From: a virus
DNA length: 32,262 nt
IMG/VR virus record: IMGVR_UViG_3300045988_043480
Span: 1 to 32,262 of that record
Strand: one strand, 5' to 3'
The notes beneath the pieces are model-generated. The model searched no databases, was not told where the DNA came from, and saw only the letters and a program-made list of their open reading frames with translations. Shown piece after piece: positions 24,305-31,671 of this stretch. The position numbers and the translations under genes were made by a program. Each line of letters starts with the position of its first letter. Position 1 is the first letter of the stretch.

Positions 24305-24736
24305 ATGTTCGAAACGTTCCAAACCATCATCAACGCCGGAGGCTACGACCTCGCGGACCTCACCGAGCGCATCAAGACGTTGTATGCGATGGGCGAGCTG
24401 TCCGAGGAGGAGATGAAGCAGCTCCTCGAACAGGCACAGGATAACGCCAATCAGGACGCCATGCTGCCCGACGTGTCGGAGCGTGTGGGCGCGTTGGAGA
24501 CTCGTATGGCCGCGGTCGAGGAGCGTGTCGGCAAGCTCGAAGCGGGCGGCGTGGAGCCGGGCGAACCCGAGGAACCCGTGGACGAGTGGCCGGAATGGGT
24601 GCGCCCCACCAGCAAGGACACGCAGTATAACAAGGGTGACAAGGTGACGTTCAACGGCCAGCACTACGTGTGCGTGAAGAACAATGTCAGCGCGAGCCCT
24701 GATGAAGACCCGAAGCGCTGGACGCTCGTGGAGTAA
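24305..24736 (+). CDS. Coiled-coil protein with a C-terminal CBM5/12-like carbohydrate-binding module (fibre accessory or adhesin)
   Basis: WPEWVRPTSKDTQYNKGDKVTFNGQHYVCVKNNVSASPDEDPKRWTLV fits the W...Y..GD.V.(F/Y)NG..Y.C........P......W pattern of CBM5/12. Confidence 0.55.
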   Translation: MFETFQTIINAGGYDLADLTERIKTLYAMGELSEEEMKQLLEQAQDNANQDAMLPDVSERVGALETRMAAVEERVGKLEAGGVEPGEPEEPVDEWPEWVRPTSKDTQYNKGDKVTFNGQHYVCVKNNVSASPDEDPKRWTLVE

Positions 24737-24813
24737 CAGCCGGTACACGTAACCTCGTGGTAGACTGGTATTGCTCCTTTCGAGCGATGGTGTGATGACC
24801 GAAATAAAAGAAA

Positions 24814-24841
24814 ACGGCACCGGTGTTGATCGGGGTGCCGT
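24814..24841 (-). terminator. Intrinsic terminator for the leftward arm
   Basis: Hairpin acggcacc / ggtgccgt. On the minus strand it is followed by TTTTCTTTTATTT. Confidence 0.55.
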
Positions 24842-24848
24842 ATTCTCT

Positions 24849-24886
24849 CCCGGCACTGGTCTTGATGACTGGTGCCGGGTTCTTTT
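24849..24886 (+). terminator. Intrinsic terminator for the rightward arm
   Basis: Hairpin cccggcac / gtgccggg followed by ttctttt. Confidence 0.65.
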
Positions 24887-24889
24887 ATG

Positions 24890-25219
24890 TCAATTGTCCA
24901 GCAAATATTCTCGGTTCCGGTATTCGCTGAGTACGGGAACGGTTTCGGGGTGATCGTTGTACGCGCTGACAAGCCAGCCGTTCGCATACGATTCCTTGGG
25001 GTGCTGGTGGATGCGTGCGTGGCATCCCATAGTGCCCGACCCGCACACGGTAATGAGATTGCTGGGCAGGTTCAATCCTTCCCACGCGTGGGAGCGCATA
25101 CGCCTGTGATGCAAGTTGAAAGCGTAAGCGCTCAACGTTCTCCCGCAGATGAAGCACCTCCCGTGGTCACGGTTGAACACCGTCATACGGGTTTCGATAT
25201 CCGGGTCGGTCTTGCTCAC
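24890..25219 (-). CDS. HNH endonuclease
   Basis: RCFICGRTL...NLHHRRMRS...NLITVC...GCHARIH gives the Cys-pair, HH, N and H layout of HNH. Confidence 0.85.
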   Translation of the reverse strand: MSKTDPDIETRMTVFNRDHGRCFICGRTLSAYAFNLHHRRMRSHAWEGLNLPSNLITVCGSGTMGCHARIHQHPKESYANGWLVSAYNDHPETVPVLSEYRNREYLLDN

Positions 25220-25503
25220 TCGAACACCCCCCCGCAGTGGAAGAAATACAGATTGACGGGAGAGACCAGCCGGAACGAGTATTGGTTCATATGACCGAAT
25301 CCCGTTTCGCGTATGGGCGTGGTTTCCGCTCCCTCGATACTGTGCAGGACTTCATAGACTCGCAGGAACGCATCATAGTCTTTGAAGCCGATCTGGCCGA
25401 ACGTGAGTTCCTGCCCGAGCCCTTGGGTGTCGATGATCTGTTGGACTTCCGGTTTCTTCTGTAGGAGGTTGATGATCGAGGTCAGATAGTGGACGGTATC
25501 CAT
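25216..25503 (-). CDS. Hypothetical protein (95 aa)
   Basis: RBS AAAGGAG before the ATG at 25503. ATGA-type overlap with the HNH gene. Confidence 0.55.
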   Translation of the reverse strand: MDTVHYLTSIINLLQKKPEVQQIIDTQGLGQELTFGQIGFKDYDAFLRVYEVLHSIEGAETTPIRETGFGHMNQYSFRLVSPVNLYFFHCGGVFE

Positions 25504-25563
25504 TGTTTGCTCCTTTGATGTGATGATGATTTAGTCTAATCGTGCAGATTTTTAGACTATGTT

Positions 25564-25893
25564 CTAGTCTTTAGTCAGAATGTCGTACCCGAGGTGTTCG
25601 GCCAACCGCAACCGGTATTGCTTCTGTGGTTTGCGGCGTCCGGTTTCCCACATGGCGATCACGTTCGGGCTGGCTACGCCGATTCGTTCGGCGAGTTCCG
25701 CCTGTGAATACCCGTGGCGTAGCCGCCAGTATTTGATGCACTGGCCGATGGTTACGCGGTCGCTGATGGTCTCGTAGTCAACGGGGATGTTGCCGACGTT
25801 TTGTCGGGTGAAGAACTGGCCTGTTTGGCTGTCTTGTTCCACGGTGACTTCGTGGCCGTTGATTACGGTTTTGATCTTGTCTTGCTTGCGCAT
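25564..25893 (-). CDS. XRE-family HTH transcriptional regulator with an N-terminal extension
   Basis: IGQCIKYWRLRHGYSQAELAERIGVASPNVIAMWETGRRKP is a canonical Cro/CI-type HTH. Its own promoter carries the TGATATA-N5-TATATCA palindrome. Confidence 0.8.
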   Translation of the reverse strand: MRKQDKIKTVINGHEVTVEQDSQTGQFFTRQNVGNIPVDYETISDRVTIGQCIKYWRLRHGYSQAELAERIGVASPNVIAMWETGRRKPQKQYRLRLAEHLGYDILTKD

Positions 25894-25914
25894 GTTTCAC
25901 CTCCCTACGATGGA

Positions 25915-25953
25915 TGATATATCTATTATATCACATTGTTTCTGTTTCGCCAA
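25915..25953 (-). promoter_or_regulatory. Leftward promoter with palindromic operator (copy a), upstream of the XRE gene
   Basis: The minus strand reads TTGGCG, a 17-bp spacer, then the extended -10 TGATATAAT. The palindrome TGATATA-N5-TATATCA is at 25915-25933. Confidence 0.6.
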
Positions 25954-26212
25954 ACAAGTCGGCAACAGCTTCGCGCCCGTCGTCAGTCAGAGCAAACCGC
26001 CAGCAATGCCGGTGCCGACTGTTCACACCCTCCCTATCGACACGGCAGACATAACCGGAACGTTCAAGCTCGATCATGCGCGACCTCAAACCCTGAGGGG
26101 TGTCATCGTACTTCGCGGCACCCGCCATCTGTTCGATTTCCTCGTGGGTAAGCGGACGCTTCGCCACCCACAGAATCAGCAGCACATGCACCTGTTGCTT
26201 GCCGAACATCAC
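25931..26212 (-). CDS. Putative winged-helix DNA-binding protein
   Basis: VHVLLILWVAKRPLTHEEIEQMAG...LRSRMIELERSGYVCRVDRE resembles MarR/PadR-like wHTH proteins. Confidence 0.5.
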   Translation of the reverse strand: MMFGKQQVHVLLILWVAKRPLTHEEIEQMAGAAKYDDTPQGLRSRMIELERSGYVCRVDREGVNSRHRHCWRFALTDDGREAVADLFGETETM

Positions 26213-26574
26213 GCCACCGCCATTTCAGCGGAGTGGCGGAGGAACGCGGCCACACTCGCAGTCACAATCCATCCGGCAACCCACTTGACCCCGAACCGTA
26301 CCCGGTTGATCTTGGCTGCCATCGCCCACACCGGGAGCGACACCCACGGGCTGAGACACCAGCCGCAGTAGGCAAGTTCTCCGAGACTGCCCGCGTAATC
26401 CTTGGCCCATGTGGGGAGCGAGTTGGGCAGGTTCTCGGTCTTTACGGTCAGCTTGCGGCGGAGCGCTGAGAACGCATAGCCGGGGCCGGGGGAGAGTTGC
26501 ACCACGGTGGTGGCGTATCCCGCTGTGATTCCAGCGGAAAGCACGGCAGTCCACCAGTTCAGCTCAGGCTTCAT
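26209..26574 (-). CDS. Membrane protein, DUF1360-like
   Basis: Start at MKPELNWW. It has TM segments and a CGWCLSPWV motif like the C-x-x-C-x-x-x-W motif of DUF1360. Confidence 0.5.
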   Translation of the reverse strand: MKPELNWWTAVLSAGITAGYATTVVQLSPGPGYAFSALRRKLTVKTENLPNSLPTWAKDYAGSLGELAYCGWCLSPWVSLPVWAMAAKINRVRFGVKWVAGWIVTASVAAFLRHSAEMAVA

Positions 26575-26902
26575 CGGTCTTCCTTTCCTCGTGGCGACGC
26601 CAGCAGTGATACCGCTTGTCGTAATCCGCGTACAAGTCTTCGTAAAGCTGCTTCGCTTCCTTGGTGGCTTCATCATGGGTGAACCCGTGGTGTTCCAAAG
26701 CGTATTGCGCGGCACCGACCCAGATCGAGCGCCGAACATGCTGATACCAGCGATCGAACAGCTTGCCACACACCTTGTCGTGCTTGTTGTCCCCGAGGAA
26801 ATCGGCCACGCTCTCCACCACGAACTTACGCAGCGTGTTCACGGTGATACGGTTACGATCGAACAGCTCCAGCACATCGGTGGTGAAAGTGTCAGGCTTC
26901 AT
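26564..26902 (-). CDS. Hypothetical protein (112 aa)
   Basis: Start at MKPDTFTT overlapping the upstream stop. The protein ends ...KTDEA. Confidence 0.5.
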   Translation of the reverse strand: MKPDTFTTDVLELFDRNRITVNTLRKFVVESVADFLGDNKHDKVCGKLFDRWYQHVRRSIWVGAAQYALEHHGFTHDEATKEAKQLYEDLYADYDKRYHCWRRHEERKTDEA

Positions 26903-27215
26903 CGGTTTCCTCCTTTTCTTCGGTTTCGTCATCGTCCACCAGATAATCGTCAAGGCTGATATCTTGCGGCTCGAAGTAGATCAACCCGTCCAGCAAGATC
27001 ATCGGGTAACGCACGATTACCCCTTGGTCTTTGGCAATGGTGCGTATCGCTCTGGCGGTAGGGCTGCCCGACGATACGATGCGGAGCCTACGATTCATTT
27101 GCTGGGCGTATACGCGGCACGACACCAGATAACCGGCGTCCTGCCACTTGCACGTAGGGCACCCGTCGAACAGGACGAACATGTCCCGGCTTTCCAAGAT
27201 CGTTGCGGTCTTCAT
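26892..27215 (-). CDS. Glutaredoxin/NrdH-like thioredoxin-fold protein with an acidic tail
   Basis: MFVLFDGCPTCKWQ contains the CPxC redox motif in a beta-strand/helix context. The protein ends ...ETDEA. Confidence 0.5.
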   Translation of the reverse strand: MKTATILESRDMFVLFDGCPTCKWQDAGYLVSCRVYAQQMNRRLRIVSSGSPTARAIRTIAKDQGVIVRYPMILLDGLIYFEPQDISLDDYLVDDDETEEKEETDEA

Positions 27216-28123
27216 CAGAACGTCACCCCCAATGCGTTGGCCAGCACATCCGAGATATGGAGAGTGGCCAACTGGCGACGCTTATGCTCGGCAATCTCCG
27301 TTTCAATATCCTTGCGATAGACGGGGATGACTTGATGGTGCGCCGCCCCGACCACGCGCGGGTCAAACATCGAGAAGTAGAGGACTTCCAACGAGTCGCA
27401 CACCACGAAGTACTGGAGTACCTGAGCTTTGTACTGCTCGGGGATGAAGTCGAGGCCAGTCGCCTTGCCGTCCAGCGTGTACTCGGGCAACACCTGTTCG
27501 ATCACGTCCACCAGTTCAGGTTTCAGGTTGGCGATGTGGGTTCGCATGGCGTCCGTGTGCATCATCCACGGCACCACGGTCTGCAAGTGGTAGGCGGAGC
27601 CGAGCGACTTGCATTCGATGGCCCACGTCGGCTTCTCAACGTTCTCGTAGGCGTCCGGACTGCAAGCGATACGGTCGTCGTCGTCACTCTCCCAGATACC
27701 GCAGTCGGTCACGCAATCGCCGGGGTCGAAGCCAAGCACGTTGAGCGTGAGCTGGATGTTCTCGGGTTCGAGACGGTGGCCGCGTTCCATCGGCGGTTCA
27801 CCGTCCGCTGGTTCGGCCCACAGTTCCGCGACAAACTTCCAGAAGTCCACGCCGACCTTCAGCCGCTTGTTCTTCGCTTCGGCGTCCACGATCTTCTCGT
27901 CGTAGTTCTGAGCCTTCGCGTAATACTCATTGGCTTTCTCGGGCGTCTTCGCCTTCTTGGCCTGTTCCAGCGCCTTGTCTCGGTACTCCACGAGTTTCTG
28001 CACGTCGGTCTGGGCGTAGTGTTCCAAGGCGAGTCCGCCGCTTTTGGTGCCGGTGATACGGCCCATGCGTTCATCGAGCCATGCTTCCGTTTCGGTGGCT
28101 TGCGATACGTTGATGATCTTCAT
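27215..28123 (-). CDS. YqaJ-like (lambda Exo-type, PD-(D/E)XK) recombination exonuclease
   Basis: Start MKIINVSQATETEAWLDERMGRITGTKSGG after GAAAGGA. The catalytic region is ACSPDAY...WAIECKS. Confidence 0.8.
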   Translation of the reverse strand: MKIINVSQATETEAWLDERMGRITGTKSGGLALEHYAQTDVQKLVEYRDKALEQAKKAKTPEKANEYYAKAQNYDEKIVDAEAKNKRLKVGVDFWKFVAELWAEPADGEPPMERGHRLEPENIQLTLNVLGFDPGDCVTDCGIWESDDDDRIACSPDAYENVEKPTWAIECKSLGSAYHLQTVVPWMMHTDAMRTHIANLKPELVDVIEQVLPEYTLDGKATGLDFIPEQYKAQVLQYFVVCDSLEVLYFSMFDPRVVGAAHHQVIPVYRKDIETEIAEHKRRQLATLHISDVLANALGVTF

Positions 28124-28182
28124 TGGTGTTGTCCTTTCGGTTGGGGTGTGGGCGGGTGACGAGTCCCGCCCACAGGTATCCA

Positions 28183-28533
28183 TCACGCGAAGCGCGGAGC
28201 ATACTGGTGGATGATGGAGCGAATCTCCTTGAACAGATTCCACGCGGTATCTTGCAGAACGCTTTCCGGGGCGTCGATGGAGTCGAGCGCTTCGGAGTAT
28301 TCCACGCATCCGTCCGTGTAGATCGGATCGTCGCTTTCCGTCCACCAGAAGATAGAGAACAGGAAAACGTGGTTTTCCACGTCCTCGGTGACTCGGGCGC
28401 GCAGCCGGGTATCAGTGAACGTGATGATCGCCGTATCATACGGTTCCCGTTCCGATTCCCAATGGATGCCGCTGACTTTATCGAAGTCAAACACATACTG
28501 GTTGATGACGGTGAAGAGGTTGATGCTGTTCAT
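28183..28533 (-). CDS. Hypothetical protein (116 aa)
   Basis: Start MNSINL, 6 nt after AAGGAG. It is preceded by promoter cassette copy b. Confidence 0.55.
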   Translation of the reverse strand: MNSINLFTVINQYVFDFDKVSGIHWESEREPYDTAIITFTDTRLRARVTEDVENHVFLFSIFWWTESDDPIYTDGCVEYSEALDSIDAPESVLQDTAWNLFKEIRSIIHQYAPRFA

Positions 28534-28550
28534 TGCGACTCCTTGGGTCA

Positions 28551-28606
28551 TATATCAAGCCCCGTGCTTGATATATATAATATATCACAATGTGGTTGGT
28601 GGAGCA
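28551..28606 (-). promoter_or_regulatory. Leftward promoter, operator and 5-prime hairpin cassette (copy b)
   Basis: The minus strand reads TTGCTC, a 17-bp spacer, then TGATATATT. The palindrome TGATATA-N5-TATATCA is at 28568-28586, and the hairpin ATATCAAGC-N5-GCTTGATAT is at 28551-28573. Confidence 0.6.
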
Positions 28607-29055
28607 ATATGGCGTGTCGCGGAAAAATCAGCCATCGCACGGCAGTAATACAACACCAGCTTCGCCAACGGCCCGACATTCCGCCACTTCGGCGTACCCG
28701 ACATACTGACACTGGTGCCTACAGCGCCGATGTCTTCAAGGCTTATCCGCGCATACCGTGCGCCCTTGGTCATGATCTCAAGCCCGATGGAGGACGCGGA
28801 CACCCACCATCTTGCGGTACGCTCCACCAGCTTCCCGCCCATGGGAATTTTGTAGTCGGCGGAAAGCCTGAGAACACCCAGATTGATAAGATCAGTGGAC
28901 GTTGTTACTGTGATTTTCTCGGGCGTGTACTCCAATTCGTCCCAGTCCAGCTTACGGCCACGCTTCACCGGACGCTCAAGAAGGACAAGCATGGTGTTGT
29001 CCTTGATCTCTTCATCCAAGCTCTTGAGCAGCTTAATCATCATCGCTTCATCCAT
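28585..29055 (-). CDS. Hypothetical protein (156 aa)
   Basis: ORF in operon context. No family recognised. Confidence 0.55.
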   Translation of the reverse strand: MDEAMMIKLLKSLDEEIKDNTMLVLLERPVKRGRKLDWDELEYTPEKITVTTSTDLINLGVLRLSADYKIPMGGKLVERTARWWVSASSIGLEIMTKGARYARISLEDIGAVGTSVSMSGTPKWRNVGPLAKLVLYYCRAMADFSATRHIAPPTTL

Positions 29056-29306
29056 CAGATGCCTCCTTCATTGGACTCCAAGCCGCCCACCAGACTGAAC
29101 GTGCTGACCATAAACATTGACACGCCCGCGAACATCACGATAAGGGATGGCAGGCCGATGCTCCACGAGCATCCTCGCGCCACGGAGCAGACCACGCATC
29201 CGCCGAAACCCGCCCCGGCGACGAACAAACCTAACATCATTAAGGCGACACACATTGCGACATCGCCAGCGCCGAACTCTCTAGCCCCGTTCTTGTGCTT
29301 GCTCAT
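29055..29306 (-). CDS. Small membrane protein (83 aa, 2-3 TM segments)
   Basis: Hydrophobic segments VAMCVALMMLGLFVAGAGFGG and LPSLIVMFAGVSMFMVSTF. Confidence 0.55.
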   Translation of the reverse strand: MSKHKNGAREFGAGDVAMCVALMMLGLFVAGAGFGGCVVCSVARGCSWSIGLPSLIVMFAGVSMFMVSTFSLVGGLESNEGGI

Positions 29307-29800
29307 TTCAAGTCCTCCAATTCCTTTTCGATCTCTTCGCCCATCTTCTCCGACATGGGACGCGGATCATCAATATACGCCTTGATGCCCTTACACATGT
29401 GGCCGATAAGCCGGTGGGTGATGTTCGCGTAATCCATGCTCGGGACAGACATGTTCAGGTCTCCCAATTCGGTTTCAAACTGGAACACGCCCACGATTTC
29501 GGCGGCGTCGTCCCGGTGCAACGGTGTAGGTTCCGTGCTGGCGACCAGTGCGCCGCAACCGGGCAGTTCAGTCTTCGCCTGATCTGAGTCCGGGTAGAAG
29601 TTGTGGACGTATTCGATGATGCTCAGCAGGTCTTCAGCGACTGGTTCCGGTACGTCCGCCATCACGCCGCATGTGACGCTGAACTGGGTTCCTTCCAAGA
29701 AGTCGTAGTGAGTAGTGAACAGCAGTTTGGCGTTCTCAGCGTCCTTGATGCTGTCAAGAACGATCTGCGGGTTGGCCGCCGCGTACAGTGTGACGTACAT
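29303..29800 (-). CDS. Hypothetical protein (165 aa)
   Basis: ORF overlapping the next gene by 4 nt. No family recognised. Confidence 0.55.
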   Translation of the reverse strand: MYVTLYAAANPQIVLDSIKDAENAKLLFTTHYDFLEGTQFSVTCGVMADVPEPVAEDLLSIIEYVHNFYPDSDQAKTELPGCGALVASTEPTPLHRDDAAEIVGVFQFETELGDLNMSVPSMDYANITHRLIGHMCKGIKAYIDDPRPMSEKMGEEIEKELEDLK

Positions 29801-29812
29801 TAGTGGGTCCTT

Positions 29813-30412
29813 TCAGATTCGGGTGTGGGAGATTGCGTTCATAAGGTTGTCTAGATCGGCTTGGGTGAGTCCACGCCATCCCCTGACCTGACGGTTAAGA
29901 GTGCCGTTGATAAACTCGCCGCGCGCCTCGGACGGGATATTATGGGCCTTCATCGCTTGGACAAGCTCGGCGTACTGTTCCGCGCTTATGGGACGGTCAG
30001 CATTCTCGTAACGCTGTTTCGCATACGCGCCGTCATCGTCCTTGTCAGGGAAGATGCCCAACACTGCGTAGAGACTGTAGCGGCGGGCGTAGGTGATGGC
30101 GCTGCCGACCTGCTGGGGGTCGCCGGTGACGAAGAACGGGTAGGAGCAGGCGACCATCAGGTCTTTATCATCGAAGATGATGGTCTCCACCTTTCCGATG
30201 ACCTGCCGCGCTTCTCCCTCGTTGGAGAACGTTACGCGCTGGCTGAACCCCAGCCCGTGCTTCTCGAACACGGGTTTGATGGTCTTGAGGATCGTGGCGA
30301 GGTTGAGGTACTTGTAAGTCCGGTTGCCCGCCTGCGCTGTTTCGTCGGTGACGAAGTTGGGCACCTCGTTGAGGACTTTCATGAACCTTGTGTAGAGGTT
30401 GTTTTCCATCAC
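29813..30412 (-). CDS. erf: ERF-family single-strand annealing protein
   Basis: YKYLNLATILKTIKPVFEKHGLGFSQ and GSAITYARRYSLYAVLGIFPDKDDDG are ERF superfamily signatures. Confidence 0.85.
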   Translation of the reverse strand: MMENNLYTRFMKVLNEVPNFVTDETAQAGNRTYKYLNLATILKTIKPVFEKHGLGFSQRVTFSNEGEARQVIGKVETIIFDDKDLMVACSYPFFVTGDPQQVGSAITYARRYSLYAVLGIFPDKDDDGAYAKQRYENADRPISAEQYAELVQAMKAHNIPSEARGEFINGTLNRQVRGWRGLTQADLDNLMNAISHTRI

Positions 30413-30436
30413 TGTTCCTTTCCGCTAGTAGTGTGA

Positions 30437-30475
30437 TGATATAATCAGTATATCACTAGTCCATGTAGAAGTCAA
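30437..30475 (-). promoter_or_regulatory. Leftward promoter with palindromic operator (copy e), upstream of erf
   Basis: The minus strand reads TTGACT, a 17-bp spacer, then TGATATACT. The palindrome is at 30437-30455. The plus strand of the same palindrome reads TGATATAAT. Confidence 0.6.
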
Positions 30476-30749
30476 TATCCGCATCTCGCATGGCGTGCAA
30501 ATAGAACTCGCCCAATTGCTCTTCGGTGGGCGGATTGTTGTGGAAGTCGAACCAGCCGCTGCCGTCCGACGTGCAAACACTGCCATCCCAATGGATGTCG
30601 TAATTCACGGTCTTCGGATACCGGGGGCTGAGGTGCAGGTCGAACATGGTGCCGTTGTCGAACCTGATATGGATATTGTCGGCAATTCGGGTGACGTTCT
30701 CGATGTGGCGGCGGCCGGTCAGGTACTTGGCGATGCTTTCGATAATCAT
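30456..30749 (-). CDS. Hypothetical protein (97 aa)
   Basis: Start MIIESIAKY after AAGGAGG. It is preceded by promoter cassette copy c. Confidence 0.55.
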   Translation of the reverse strand: MIIESIAKYLTGRRHIENVTRIADNIHIRFDNGTMFDLHLSPRYPKTVNYDIHWDGSVCTSDGSGWFDFHNNPPTEEQLGEFYLHAMRDADIDFYMD

Positions 30750-30774
30750 TTGGGTTACCTCCTTGGGTATAAGC

Positions 30775-30827
30775 TCAAGCCGTTTGCTTGATATATATAA
30801 TATATCACATGTGGTAGTGTTAGGCAA
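30775..30827 (-). promoter_or_regulatory. Leftward promoter, operator and 5-prime hairpin cassette (copy c)
   Basis: The minus strand reads TTGCCT, a 17-bp spacer, then TGATATATT. The palindrome is at 30789-30807 and the hairpin TCAAGC-N5-GCTTGA is at 30775-30791. Confidence 0.6.
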
Positions 30828-30867
30828 ACGCGACACGCGGAGAGCCGAAACCCTCCGCGCTCGCAGA

Positions 30868-31239
30868 TCAACAATCGCAACCAGTCGTGTAATACACCAC
30901 GTCCGCGTCATCGTTCTCAAACTGCAAACTCAGAAGATGCACCAGCAACTCCAATCCGCCATAGTTGTACGCCTGCACGAAAAACTCCAGATACTCCGGT
31001 TGATTCGCCTCCAGCATGTACAAAGGCCTGGCCCAATCGGCTCCATAATCCTGCGTATAGTCGTCGAACGCCTTATCGAAGACCTTCTCCGGCACGTAAC
31101 CGTAATCTCCGATACGGTAGATACCTTGCTTCTCGCTGTAATCATCAAGATCATGCAATTCCGGAATCAGGCGGATGTCGATCTCTTTAATCATGTCACG
31201 CACGATATCTATCGAGATCGTAACCTTTTCGCGTTCCAT
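30868..31239 (-). CDS. Acidic hypothetical protein (123 aa)
   Basis: ORF in operon context. It is Asp/Glu/Tyr-rich. No family confidently recognised. Confidence 0.55.
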   Translation of the reverse strand: MEREKVTISIDIVRDMIKEIDIRLIPELHDLDDYSEKQGIYRIGDYGYVPEKVFDKAFDDYTQDYGADWARPLYMLEANQPEYLEFFVQAYNYGGLELLVHLLSLQFENDDADVVYYTTGCDC

Positions 31240-31241
31240 CT

Positions 31242-31649
31242 TTATCGCTCCTTTGCTTGGTCAGCGGCTTCGTACTCGGTGCCGTCAGCGTCGATCACAA
31301 CCCTGGTAACAGTGTGATGCGATTCGGTTCCGTACTTCATCTCAACCGTTTTGTACAGCGCTTCCGTGAATCCGGAGTAGCTTGCGCATTCCAGCATCTT
31401 TTCGGCCATCTGTTCGATAGTCAGCCAACGATTCTCATAGCAGAGCCAAGCGTATTCCTCCCAGCCCATGTAGGTTTCGTTCCAATCGTCTCGAATCAGA
31501 TTGGCCAGCTTGAAGACTGGGATGTACCCGTAGGGTTCGTGGTGGTAGTAGTAGCCGCACGGTTTGGGCGTCTGAGTCCAATGATCTTTTGCAAGGTGAA
31601 TGACGTGCTGGATGCCGCCTCGGATGGTCTGGATGTAGGTCTCGTTCAT
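31242..31649 (-). CDS. Hypothetical protein (135 aa)
   Basis: Start MNETYIQ after AAGGAGG. It is preceded by promoter cassette copy d. Confidence 0.55.
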   Translation of the reverse strand: MNETYIQTIRGGIQHVIHLAKDHWTQTPKPCGYYYHHEPYGYIPVFKLANLIRDDWNETYMGWEEYAWLCYENRWLTIEQMAEKMLECASYSGFTEALYKTVEMKYGTESHHTVTRVVIDADGTEYEAADQAKER

Positions 31650-31671
31650 TGTGTCCTCCTTGGGAATAGTC

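Noticed and set aside
24872-25294. Plus-strand 140-aa ORF
   Set aside because: It is antisense to the clearly recognisable HNH endonuclease gene and lies downstream of the rightward terminator.
30868-31239. Calling the acidic 123-aa protein an ArdA-like anti-restriction protein
   Set aside because: The only evidence is overall acidity and vague local resemblance. I could not identify family-defining motifs by eye, so it stays hypothetical.
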